Assembly: GCA_016933055.1 (NCBI GenBank) | Contig: JAFGBS010000034.1 | Coordinates: 90,001 to 122,000, forward strand | Length of the DNA: 32,000 bases | Reading direction: 5' to 3' | DNA from: Promethearchaeota archaeon | Lineage (GTDB): Archaea; Asgardarchaeota; Lokiarchaeia; Sigyniarchaeales; Promethearchaeaceae | Shown: positions 1-8,267 of the stretch, in pieces | Position numbering within the stretch: position 1 is the stretch's first letter | Layout: each line of letters opens with the position of its first letter | Notes under the pieces: model-generated | Seen by the model: the letters and a program-made list of their open reading frames with translations, nothing else | What the model was told of the DNA's origin: nothing | The model's database searches: none | Program-made: the position numbers and the translations under genes

Positions 1-479
1 TTCTGGATTAGAATGGGTCTTCGGTCAAATTCATCAGGAATTTTCTCCATCAGGGACACTATTTTTGCAATTACCCATTCTGGTTTTGAATAAGGGGTTA
101 CATTAATTGATTCTTCATCGTTGGTATTCTGAAACATCCCTTTCACACTACTTTTTGGTAGTACGGGTTCATTGTTTGTCACAATAATAGTGTGTTTGTG
201 AACTACATGAAAATTACGTAGTAACTCTAATGGTTCCAAAGCAAGGACGATGTCAGCTGACATAGGCGGGATTTCTGGACTAAAAATATATTGAGGTTCG
301 TGATTTGTTTGAATGCGGACTGTTGCTATCACAGATCCCTCTCGTTGAGATACTCCTCGACTTTCTGTTCCTAAAATAATGGCTTTTGGGTACTGATTTA
401 AAAAATAGTTACGCAAAAAAGAACCGAGAAATACTCCTCCTTGTCCACCAAGACCGCAAATAAGTACATTTAAGTCCAT
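1..479 (-). CDS. iorB: Indolepyruvate:ferredoxin oxidoreductase beta subunit (partial, runs off the left edge; not in ORF track)
   Basis: Manual translation from ATG at 479: MDLNVLICGLGGQGGVFLGSFL...GTESRGVSQREGSVIATVRI...ADIVLALEPLELLR, open to the window edge. GxGGQG and (G)xSQRxGSV motifs of IorB/PorG family. Start overlaps the iorA stop (TAATG). Confidence 0.9.
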   Translation of the reverse strand, partial: MDLNVLICGLGGQGGVFLGSFLRNYFLNQYPKAIILGTESRGVSQREGSVIATVRIQTNHEPQYIFSPEIPPMSADIVLALEPLELLRNFHVVHKHTIIVTNNEPVLPKSSVKGMFQNTNDEESINVTPYSKPEWVIAKIVSLMEKIPDEFDRRPILIQ

Positions 480-2536
480 TATTTATCTCCTTTCTCCGGA
501 TTGATGATAGTTTTTTCTATACAGTGATTCGGACATACATCAAGACAAGCTTGACAATATTCCCTCATGCATGAAGATTCATCAATATAATATACTAAAC
601 GTCCATCCTTCCTAGTCAGTCTTATAGCCGTACATCCGAACTCTCGATAACACTTATGACACATAGGACAGGATTCGTTAATCTGAATGTATAATTCCTC
701 TCCCCTTTTGGGTCCTCTAGGCTTATTCCATTTTATTTGAGCCTTTTTTTTTTCCACAAGTGCACATTCTGCATTTACTACAACAATTCGTGTTCCATGG
801 TAATTTTGCGTGAATACGTTAGTGAATGTTTTTTTCATTTGGGGAATATCATATCCCCCTACTACATGTAATTGGGAGGTCCCTAGATTTCTTAAAAAAT
901 CTTCAATACGCAATTGGGAGCCTTGAAAACCCGCATCCGGATGCTCTGTACCCGGGCAACCACTTAAACTGGGTTGATGCCCTGTCATAGCAACATAGTA
1001 ATTATTAAGAACTAGTAGGGTGATATTGAGATTTTGTTTTAGGGCATTTAGTAGGGGTTGAATTCCCGAATGGAAAAAAGTACTGTCTCCAATCAGCGCC
1101 ACTACATGTTGATTCTTGTTTTGATAGGTATCTAGAACCTTACCTACCCCATTGGCGATTCCAATACCCGCACCCATACAAATTAACCAATCCATAACTG
1201 ACCATGGAGGGGACATACCCAATGTGTAACACCCAATATCTCCACCAAAAATCAGATCTAAGCTGTGGTCCTTCTTGATTTGGTCTGCTACTTGACGTAA
1301 GGCATAAAAAACATTGCGGTGAGAGCATCCCGGACAAAATGTAGGTTCTCGCTGAGGTATTTGTCTTACTATTTGTTCTAATGTGTTTTGATAAGTATTA
1401 ACTGCCTTCAGAGTCCCTTTTTCGAAAACATTCCGTAGGACTATTTCAATATAACTGTGAGTTAGTTCACCTGGTAAATTTTCTGGCATGAATTTTTTAT
1501 GAAATTGCCAAATTCCCTTTACAGGGATTATTTTACCAGAGTCGTATAGAATTTTTTTTACCTCGGTCTCGATCATAGGTTCGAGTTCCTCAACCACAAG
1601 GATTTCTTTAGGCTTGGATTTCTTAACAAATTCTAATATAGATGCTGGCGAAATCGGATATACCATATTCAATTTAAGAAGGGACACTCCTTCATGTAAT
1701 TCTAATGTCTGCAATACATCTTTCAAAATTAAATAAGGATATCCCCCCGAAATTATTGCTAATCCACTATTGTTTGAAGATTTGACTAGTTCTACCGAAT
1801 CGTGGAGAATTGGTTGGTTTTGAAGGTCTTCTATTGCCAATTTTAATTTGTGTTTGTTCATCAAAGCAAAATGGCGTGCATTAACAAATTGCTCAAAATC
1901 CCGTTTAAAGGCGGGTGGATCCTGTTTAATCGGAATTTTCTCAGGAATTTTGTCTATATTAATAACTCCACTCATAAAACTAAGCTTTGGGGTGGTATAT
2001 AACATAACAGGAATTCCCAACTGCTCAGAAATTTTGAGTGCTAATTTTGTAAATATATGACACTCTTCAACGGAGGAAGGGAATACTATAGGTAAATGAG
2101 TGTGATATGCATACAGACGAACATCTTCTGCGTTTGTAGAGGAACTTGCTTGGGGATCTCCTCCCACAATCAGTACTAATCCTCCACCTTGAGTTTTCTT
2201 TCCGATTCCTGAATACATTATGGTATGTAAAGCATCAGATGCAACATTCATTCCTAAATGCTTGAAAATAACTACTGATCTTATTCCCATCCAAGAGGCC
2301 CCTATTGCTTCCTCTAATGCTACTTTCTCATTTAGGGCATAGTCGAAAATGAAATGGTCCCCATCCTCAGTTTGAGAATATTGATGCAGAATATCCCCTA
2401 CATCACTAACTGGCGTACCAGGATAGGTAGAACCAAACCCAACTCCCGATTCTAAGATTGCTCGAGCAATAGCTTCATTCCCGGATACAAGCATTTTCGC
2501 ATGTTTTTCCGGATTTGCTGAAAAAAACTCAGTCAC
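479..2536 (-). CDS. iorA: Indolepyruvate:ferredoxin oxidoreductase alpha subunit (TPP-dependent, C-terminal ferredoxin domain)
   Basis: SGNEAIARA, YPGTP, NEKVALE, KHLGMNVASD, REPTFCPGCSHR, GDIGCYTLG, GDSTFFHSG (TPP motif), C-terminal CxxCxxC..C clusters. Likely start is GTG at 2536 (MTEFFSANPEK...), not the track start at 2623, which overlaps the divergent gene; ATG at 2494 is an alternative. Confidence 0.93.
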   Translation of the reverse strand: MTEFFSANPEKHAKMLVSGNEAIARAILESGVGFGSTYPGTPVSDVGDILHQYSQTEDGDHFIFDYALNEKVALEEAIGASWMGIRSVVIFKHLGMNVASDALHTIMYSGIGKKTQGGGLVLIVGGDPQASSSTNAEDVRLYAYHTHLPIVFPSSVEECHIFTKLALKISEQLGIPVMLYTTPKLSFMSGVINIDKIPEKIPIKQDPPAFKRDFEQFVNARHFALMNKHKLKLAIEDLQNQPILHDSVELVKSSNNSGLAIISGGYPYLILKDVLQTLELHEGVSLLKLNMVYPISPASILEFVKKSKPKEILVVEELEPMIETEVKKILYDSGKIIPVKGIWQFHKKFMPENLPGELTHSYIEIVLRNVFEKGTLKAVNTYQNTLEQIVRQIPQREPTFCPGCSHRNVFYALRQVADQIKKDHSLDLIFGGDIGCYTLGMSPPWSVMDWLICMGAGIGIANGVGKVLDTYQNKNQHVVALIGDSTFFHSGIQPLLNALKQNLNITLLVLNNYYVAMTGHQPSLSGCPGTEHPDAGFQGSQLRIEDFLRNLGTSQLHVVGGYDIPQMKKTFTNVFTQNYHGTRIVVVNAECALVEKKKAQIKWNKPRGPKRGEELYIQINESCPMCHKCYREFGCTAIRLTRKDGRLVYYIDESSCMREYCQACLDVCPNHCIEKTIINPEKGDK

Positions 2537-2609
2537 AATGATTTTATAGAATAACTGAAAACTAAAATTATTTGTTCCAATTATCAAAAAACAAAAAAAT
2601 TGATTCCCC

Positions 2610-4007
2610 ATGAGTGAAATCAAAGAAAAACTCCCATTATCTCAGAAAATACATTATGCGTTAGCTAATATGAGTTTGAATAGCTTAAATGGAATTATCG
2701 GTTCAGGGATGATATTTTTTTATACAAATAAGCTCCTATTAGATCCCGATCTGGTAGGAATTGCATGGCTTATCTTTGGAATATGGAATGCGATTAACGA
2801 TCCCCTTTTAGGAACCTTACAAGATAGAACTAAAACCCGAATGGGGAGACGTATTCCCTATCTTCGGTTTGGATCCTTTGTGTATGGGGCACTGTTTATT
2901 TTATGCTGGTACCCACTGGGCAATATCGCTAATGAATTAGTATTATTTTTCAATCTTCTACTTGCTTTGTGTGCATTTGATACTTTATTTACCATGTTGG
3001 GATGCATTTTATATCCTCTGCCGGCAGAGATCGCGATTAAAAGTAGCAACAGAAGTACCCTTATGGTTTGGTCTAATATCATTGGAGGAATATTTGGATT
3101 AGTCACCAATGTATTAGTCACTTATCTTCTTATTGGAGACGAATCTACCGAAATTCATCCCTTATTTAAACCAGCAATGATCGCGATCGGTATTCTAATG
3201 AGTTCGATAATGTTTATTAGCAGTTTCTTTCTGAAAGAAAACCTCTACACCGTAGAAGAAGAGCCACTTGGTTTTATTGAGAGTTTTAAAGAGACTTTTA
3301 AGAACCGTCCTTTCATCATTTATGAAGCAGGTGTTTTTTTGTTTCTGATTGCTCAAACAATGCTTACTACAGGATTGCTTTATTATATTAATGACGTGCT
3401 TAACCTAAGTGGGATTCAAGTGGTCATTCCCTACGTTTTACTTGCCCTCTCGCAAGTTGGTTTCTCCATACTGGCAAATCGGTTGGTTCCTATTTATGGA
3501 TTAAAAAAACTGTTGATAGGGGGGGCAATATGGGTTTGTGGATCTCTTATTCTGATGTTTGGAATAGGATGGTGGTTTATTGGTGCTCTTATAGGACTTC
3601 TTATTGCAAGTTTTGGCATTGCGGTTGTTTCTCTTACATCATCCCCCTTATTTGCGGATATTATTGACTATGATGAAATTCAGACAGGAAAGAGAAGAGA
3701 AGCTAGTTATTCAGGTATTCAAGCATTCCTGACCAAATTTTGCATATCTATTGGAAACTGGCTATTTTTATTTATTATTAAGAGATTTGGTTACGAAGCG
3801 AATCAAACAAGCCAATCTCAATTTGCGCAACTCGGGATCATGCTCTCTATGTTTGTAATACCCGCAATAATAGCTATATCCACGCTTTTAATTGTAAGTT
3901 ATTATCCGTTATATGGACCGGAATGGGAGCAACAAAAACTCGAACTAGCAAAAATCCACCATGAAAAAGAAATAGAATTCTTAAAAAAGCATAAGGGTTT
4001 AACCTAA
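2610..4007 (+). CDS. MFS transporter, glycoside-pentoside-hexuronide (MelB/GPH) family
   Basis: About 12 hydrophobic segments; WNAINDPLLGTLQDRTKTRMGRRIPY and ADIIDYDEIQTGKRREASYSG motifs typical of GPH symporters. Confidence 0.9.
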   Translation: MSEIKEKLPLSQKIHYALANMSLNSLNGIIGSGMIFFYTNKLLLDPDLVGIAWLIFGIWNAINDPLLGTLQDRTKTRMGRRIPYLRFGSFVYGALFILCWYPLGNIANELVLFFNLLLALCAFDTLFTMLGCILYPLPAEIAIKSSNRSTLMVWSNIIGGIFGLVTNVLVTYLLIGDESTEIHPLFKPAMIAIGILMSSIMFISSFFLKENLYTVEEEPLGFIESFKETFKNRPFIIYEAGVFLFLIAQTMLTTGLLYYINDVLNLSGIQVVIPYVLLALSQVGFSILANRLVPIYGLKKLLIGGAIWVCGSLILMFGIGWWFIGALIGLLIASFGIAVVSLTSSPLFADIIDYDEIQTGKRREASYSGIQAFLTKFCISIGNWLFLFIIKRFGYEANQTSQSQFAQLGIMLSMFVIPAIIAISTLLIVSYYPLYGPEWEQQKLELAKIHHEKEIEFLKKHKGLT

Positions 4008-4038
4008 TTGTTAGGGATATTCCAAAAGGTTCGGTAGA

Positions 4039-4731
4039 ATGTCGAAAACAAATCCGACTCGAAAGAAAGAGAAGAAAAAGATAAACAAGGAAGATATCTA
4101 CGAAGTAATTATCTTTCTGGTGATAATATTTACCCTTACTTTCGGCACTTTTGCTGTACTTAGGATCGGACTTGATACAAAATTACCTATGGTTGTGGTC
4201 ATAAGCGATTCAATGGAACCTACCATTTATCGAGGAGATTTGCTTTTTCTCTTTGGAAAGGATCCCGTGGATATTCAGAATGGATCTGGTCAGGGAGATC
4301 CCGTGGGTGATATTATTGTTTTTGATGCAAGTTGGAGTTATTCTGGTGAACCCATAGTGCACCGGGTAATAGACAAGCGATCCACTGTTGTTAACGGTGA
4401 ACCTATTTGGGAGTTTCAAACCCAAGGAGATAATGTAATTACTAATCCCATTCCGGATCCAGGATGGGTGTCTGAAGAAAATATCTATGGTGTTGTCATC
4501 GGAAAAGTTCCAAAAATCGGATTTGTGAAAATTTGGTTAGCAAGATCTGGTGCAACCATTCCGCTTATAGTAGGGTTGAGTTTGATATTAATCATTAGTA
4601 TTGCATGGGATCTGACTCATCCTGAGGAAGAAGAACAAGATAAGAAGAAAAAATCTAAGAAAAGAAAAGATAAACAGCTTCCCGAATCAGAAAGCGGTAA
4701 CAACGATTCCTCTGTTAATTTGGGAATTTAG
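4039..4731 (+). CDS. sec11: Signal peptidase I, archaeal/ER-type (Sec11, S26B)
   Basis: N-terminal TM, VVVISDSMEPTIYRGDL (catalytic Ser), PIVHRVI (catalytic His), TQGDN, second C-terminal TM. Confidence 0.92.
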   Translation: MSKTNPTRKKEKKKINKEDIYEVIIFLVIIFTLTFGTFAVLRIGLDTKLPMVVVISDSMEPTIYRGDLLFLFGKDPVDIQNGSGQGDPVGDIIVFDASWSYSGEPIVHRVIDKRSTVVNGEPIWEFQTQGDNVITNPIPDPGWVSEENIYGVVIGKVPKIGFVKIWLARSGATIPLIVGLSLILIISIAWDLTHPEEEEQDKKKKSKKRKDKQLPESESGNNDSSVNLGI

Positions 4732-4740
4732 AAGTACTCG

Positions 4741-5196
4741 TTATAATTTCGATCTTCTTTCCCCTTCACCCGTTATATTATTCAACACACTTTCATATTG
4801 CTTTATCACTGCATTATAGTGATTCTTACTGATATTTCCTAAAATGAATAATTGTTCTTCATTTTCAATTCGTTCATTGTACTCCGCTTCCACAGCGCTT
4901 CGAAAATTATCCGCTGTATCTAAAAGGCTGCGAACCAATTCTCGTGTATATTCTGGAATATAATAAAGATAATGAAGGTTGGGAATGGTTTCCGCTCGTC
5001 GTTCAATTAACCCAAACTCCATCATTTGTTTTATATGTTTTTCCAATGCCGGTCGTGATATACTTAATTTCTCTGCTAAGGTATCAGCTGTCAGTTCATT
5101 TTTTTCCAATAACCAGAGAATAGTTCTTCGTTTAGGATCTCGAAAAACATTAAATACCATATCCAAAAATTTATGCTGAACGAATGCTTCATCCAT
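4741..5196 (-). CDS. ArsR/SmtB-like winged-helix transcriptional regulator with C-terminal SHOCT-like helical hairpin
   Basis: FRDPKRRTILWLL...LTADTLAEKLSISRPALEKHIKQMMEFGLIE is an ArsR-type HTH. ATG at 5196 is preferred over TTG at 5211 because a TATA-like element lies about 23 nt upstream. Confidence 0.85.
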   Translation of the reverse strand: MDEAFVQHKFLDMVFNVFRDPKRRTILWLLEKNELTADTLAEKLSISRPALEKHIKQMMEFGLIERRAETIPNLHYLYYIPEYTRELVRSLLDTADNFRSAVEAEYNERIENEEQLFILGNISKNHYNAVIKQYESVLNNITGEGERRSKL

Positions 5197-5203
5197 AATA
5201 TTA

Positions 5204-5226
5204 AGTTGCAACTCTTGGTTATAACC
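5204..5226 (-). promoter_or_regulatory. TATA-like element (TTATAA, 5219-5224) and palindromic operator candidate AGTTGCAACT (5204-5213) for the ArsR gene
   Basis: Two perfect 10-bp palindromes read directly: AGTTGCAACT and GGTTATAACC. Spacing to ATG 5196 fits a leaderless archaeal promoter with an operator between TATA and start. Confidence 0.5.
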
Positions 5227-5289
5227 TTGACGTTCGCTTAAGCTAAATGGTTAAAGACATTAATTGCTTAGTTTAATCATATCATCAAA

Positions 5290-5351
5290 ATCTGCAACGA
5301 AAAACCATCCAGCGTAACCCAAAAGACAACTGGTGCAATTTGCTTTAAATA
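5290..5351 (+). promoter_or_regulatory. TATA-like element (TTTAAATA, 5344-5351) of the bactofilin-like gene with two degenerate TGCAA-core sites
   Basis: ATCTGCAACG (5290-5299) and TGGTGCAATT (5331-5340) each match AGTTGCAACT at 7/10 positions; the second lies just upstream of the TATA box. Confidence 0.4.
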
Positions 5352-5403
5352 GATTCATTCAATCTTACACTTACAAATAAAACAATAATAGTGATAAAAC
5401 AAC

Positions 5404-6426
5404 ATGACACAATATGATGATAGTGTATATGAAGAAATCTTGAAGGAACTAGAAAATTCTTTCAAGGAGGGAAAAATTGATGAATCCTCTTATCAGGATT
5501 TGAAACAAAGATATGTTAAGAAATTGGAGGAGGCAAAAGCCCGAAGAGAGGAAACACGAACCATTATGAATTTTCAAGTATCCGGTTCACAGAGAGTAAC
5601 GGATGATGCGGTTAAAATATCAGGGTCTGCGAATTTACCCGGAGGAGTCATACCAAAAATAATCAAAATCGCTGGATCGGGAAGAATCGAGTCGGATATT
5701 GAGTGTAATGGATTGAGATGTGCAGGAAGCTTGCATGCAGGTGGTAGAATCTTGAGTCATGGTGATATCCATGTAAGTGGGTCATTCCATGGAAACAATT
5801 CTGTTTTGGTCGAAGGTGATGTCGACGTTTCTGGGTCCGCCAAAGTGGACGGAGATTTTGATGCATCGGGTATCATTACGGTTTCAGGTTCTATGAAAGC
5901 AGATGGAGATGTAAATGCAAAAGGTGGAATTCGAGTGTTTGGTTCAGGTAAAGTCGATGGAAACATGTACTCAGATAAAGAAGTTGATATAAAAGGATCC
6001 GTCAAAATTGATGGATCAGTAGTAGCAGAGACTGTTAAATTCACAACACCTCATGTATTCAAAAGATTGATTCGCCGTCGAGGAAGATCCCAAGTAGATG
6101 GAGATATTCTAGGAAAAGAACTGGTAGAAATTGAGAATATCGAAGTGGATGGGGATGTACGTGGTAAAATAGTGAAAATCGGACCAAATTCGAAAATTTC
6201 AGGAAATATCGAATTTGTTGAGGATCTAATAATAGCTGAAGATGCTGAATTGGAGAATCAACCCATGAAAGTTAGTCCGCATTCCATTGGGGTACCTACG
6301 AATTCCTCCAAAGAATATAAAGACGAATCTCCCAATGCGGTTCCAAAATTCTGCCCGAAATGTGGGCAAGAAGTCGGAAAAGGGTTGAAATTTTGCCCAG
6401 CTTGCGGTTCAGAACTAAGTTCCTAA
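5404..6426 (+). CDS. Polymer-forming cytoskeletal (bactofilin-like) beta-helix protein with N-terminal SHOCT-like motif and C-terminal double zinc ribbon
   Basis: Central repeats such as VSGSAKVDGDFDASGIIT / VSGSMKADGDVNAKGGIR; tail GDVRGKIVKIGPNSKISGNIEF resembles Firmicute bactofilin-like proteins; C-terminal FCPKCG-x8-FCPACG. Confidence 0.8.
   Translation: MTQYDDSVYEEILKELENSFKEGKIDESSYQDLKQRYVKKLEEAKARREETRTIMNFQVSGSQRVTDDAVKISGSANLPGGVIPKIIKIAGSGRIESDIECNGLRCAGSLHAGGRILSHGDIHVSGSFHGNNSVLVEGDVDVSGSAKVDGDFDASGIITVSGSMKADGDVNAKGGIRVFGSGKVDGNMYSDKEVDIKGSVKIDGSVVAETVKFTTPHVFKRLIRRRGRSQVDGDILGKELVEIENIEVDGDVRGKIVKIGPNSKISGNIEFVEDLIIAEDAELENQPMKVSPHSIGVPTNSSKEYKDESPNAVPKFCPKCGQEVGKGLKFCPACGSELSS
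5572..6042 (+). repeat. Protein-level ~18-aa tandem repeat (three 6-residue beta strands per coil)
   Basis: [IV]xGS recurs at about 17-18 aa spacing roughly 7 times in the translation (IAGS, CAGS, VSGS x3, VFGS, IKGS). Confidence 0.75.
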
Positions 6427-7539
6427 ACTTCTTTTCTTTTTCCACCTAATACCTATGAGAACACTGACTATTGTGACTATCCCCACTCCACTTATAGAAC
6501 CGATAATCATCCATACGGTCCAATTTTTTTTCCAATTGGATTTTCCATGGTAGGTGTACATGAAGGATTCTACCGTTCTTCCTGTGACTTTTAAACTATC
6601 TATATCAATATTATCTAAATTATCCTCATGTGTATGATGGTGTGTCCAAGGACCCTCCACAAAATCGATAATCAAATCAAGAGTGGGCATAATAGGGCGA
6701 AAATAGATATGATCATCTGTTATGTATCTCTTAGTGGGATTCTTTGGAAATTGAAATAAATAACCTAACTCTCTCCCTTCGCTGAACACAGCTTGCTGAA
6801 GATCATTATTGGAGTATAATTCATCCATAAACTGAAGACTGTGTCCCCCAACCATGTCGAGCAATAAGAAAAAAGAAAAAGTCTCGGTAGAATTATCAAA
6901 AAAATCATGAATTGTGCTGCTGAATTCGCGAGCTCCTTCTGCCCAATACCAATCTGCTATCCCACCTCCTCCTTGATCCTCTGCATCTAAAAATAAGAAC
7001 CAGATCTGACTATTAAACTCCTCTCGATGGTTGTAAAAAACTCTAGCTAATTCTAAAGTAACTGCAACTCCCGAACCCCCATCATTTGCACCAGGAATTG
7101 GTTGAGTTGTATTGATTGTATCTTTCTCAGCAATTGCACGGGAGTCCCAATGTGCTCCAATGATAATAATATTGGATTTATTTGTATTCAATTTTCCCAA
7201 AATGTTCTGACAATAAATCGGTTCCCCTTGTGGTCCTGGTAGAGAAAATTGATGGGTTACCACTTCGTCAGTAACGGCGTAAAGTTGACTTCTAATCCAC
7301 TCAGCGCATGCATTGTGTTCAATCGTACCAGGAACTCGGTATCCAAATTCTAGCTGTGTACGAATGTCTTCATATGCATGTGTTGCATTGAATTCGGTTG
7401 GAAGGTGTACCGAGGAAATTGGATGGGTAGAATCATCAGAAAAAATTACTGGGGCTATTATAGACAAACTAGCTAAAGCTGCTAAAAATAAAACTATTAC
7501 TAACTTTTTTAGATGCTTTGAAGATTTCATACGATTCAA
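6415..7539 (-). CDS. Secreted, C-terminally membrane-anchored M28 zinc protein, type-II glutaminyl-peptide cyclotransferase-like
   Basis: Signal-peptide-like N-terminus; GAHWDSR, PGANDGGSGVAVTLELAR, FLDAED, LLDMVG, TDDH, HHHTHED; C-terminal TM followed by a basic tail. Start may be ATG at 7530. Confidence 0.8.
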   Translation of the reverse strand: MNRMKSSKHLKKLVIVLFLAALASLSIIAPVIFSDDSTHPISSVHLPTEFNATHAYEDIRTQLEFGYRVPGTIEHNACAEWIRSQLYAVTDEVVTHQFSLPGPQGEPIYCQNILGKLNTNKSNIIIIGAHWDSRAIAEKDTINTTQPIPGANDGGSGVAVTLELARVFYNHREEFNSQIWFLFLDAEDQGGGGIADWYWAEGAREFSSTIHDFFDNSTETFSFFLLLDMVGGHSLQFMDELYSNNDLQQAVFSEGRELGYLFQFPKNPTKRYITDDHIYFRPIMPTLDLIIDFVEGPWTHHHTHEDNLDNIDIDSLKVTGRTVESFMYTYHGKSNWKKNWTVWMIIGSISGVGIVTIVSVLIGIRWKKKRSLGT

Positions 7540-7759
7540 GATCCAATGATTTTTCTAATGTTGTTACTTTAATATATATAAGAATTGTTTTTTCCATATC
7601 CCTAACGAATTAATGAATTACACATAGATCATATGAGTGCACTAACTTACCTAAAAATTTTGATCAATGCAATAAATTGGTTGATTTCCGCAAACCTCTA
7701 GAGTAGATATTATAAAAGGGCTTTGGAAAAAAGCAATCATCGCCAAATAATGGAGGGAT

Positions 7760-8239
7760 TTGCTCATTAATAAAGATATTTTGAAACATTTAGAAAAAAT
7801 GGGAAAAGTAAAGATTTACAAAAAACCTAATTTTAATCATAAATTCACGCAAGATGAATATGATGAAGCACTCGCACAAGTGAATGGAAATTTAACCGAA
7901 ATTAAAGACACTCTAAATAAAAAAGTTAACATCGTGCGTCAACGTATCCTTAATATCTGTATAGGAAATCTAGAACATGCCTTCAAACATTATTATAATA
8001 CATTTACCTATAGCAGGGATCCTTCAGAAGAAAAAGCATTCAAACGTTCAATTATTGAGTTAAATAGTTTTATTCGAGCTTGCCCATTAGACGATTCTAA
8101 TAAAGAGGAAACCGAGAAGAAAATCACTTGGTTGAAAAATGAATTCATAAAGCAAACTCAATATATACAACAAGTAGAAAAACAAATTCGAGAAAAAAAT
8201 ATTGATCCATTCACCGAAATTGTTGAGAATATTACGTAA
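7760..8239 (+). CDS. Hypothetical all-helical soluble protein
   Basis: 159-aa ORF filling the gap between two minus-strand genes; GGAGG just upstream of the TTG start; no recognisable motif. Confidence 0.65.
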   Translation: MLINKDILKHLEKMGKVKIYKKPNFNHKFTQDEYDEALAQVNGNLTEIKDTLNKKVNIVRQRILNICIGNLEHAFKHYYNTFTYSRDPSEEKAFKRSIIELNSFIRACPLDDSNKEETEKKITWLKNEFIKQTQYIQQVEKQIREKNIDPFTEIVENIT

Positions 8240-8267
8240 AATCAAATAAAAACTCTCTTTTTTGTCT

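Noticed and set aside
744-753. T10 homopolymer in iorA as a phase-variation or frameshift site
   Set aside because: The frame is intact and simply encodes EKKK.
2537-2623. 87-nt N-terminal extension of IorA in the ORF track
   Set aside because: Overlaps the divergent MFS start and reads as AT-rich promoter DNA; homology-like sequence begins near GTG 2536.
6415-6426. Convergent 3' overlaps (here 12 bp; also 14486-14500)
   Set aside because: Short tail-to-tail overlaps are ordinary in compact archaeal genomes.
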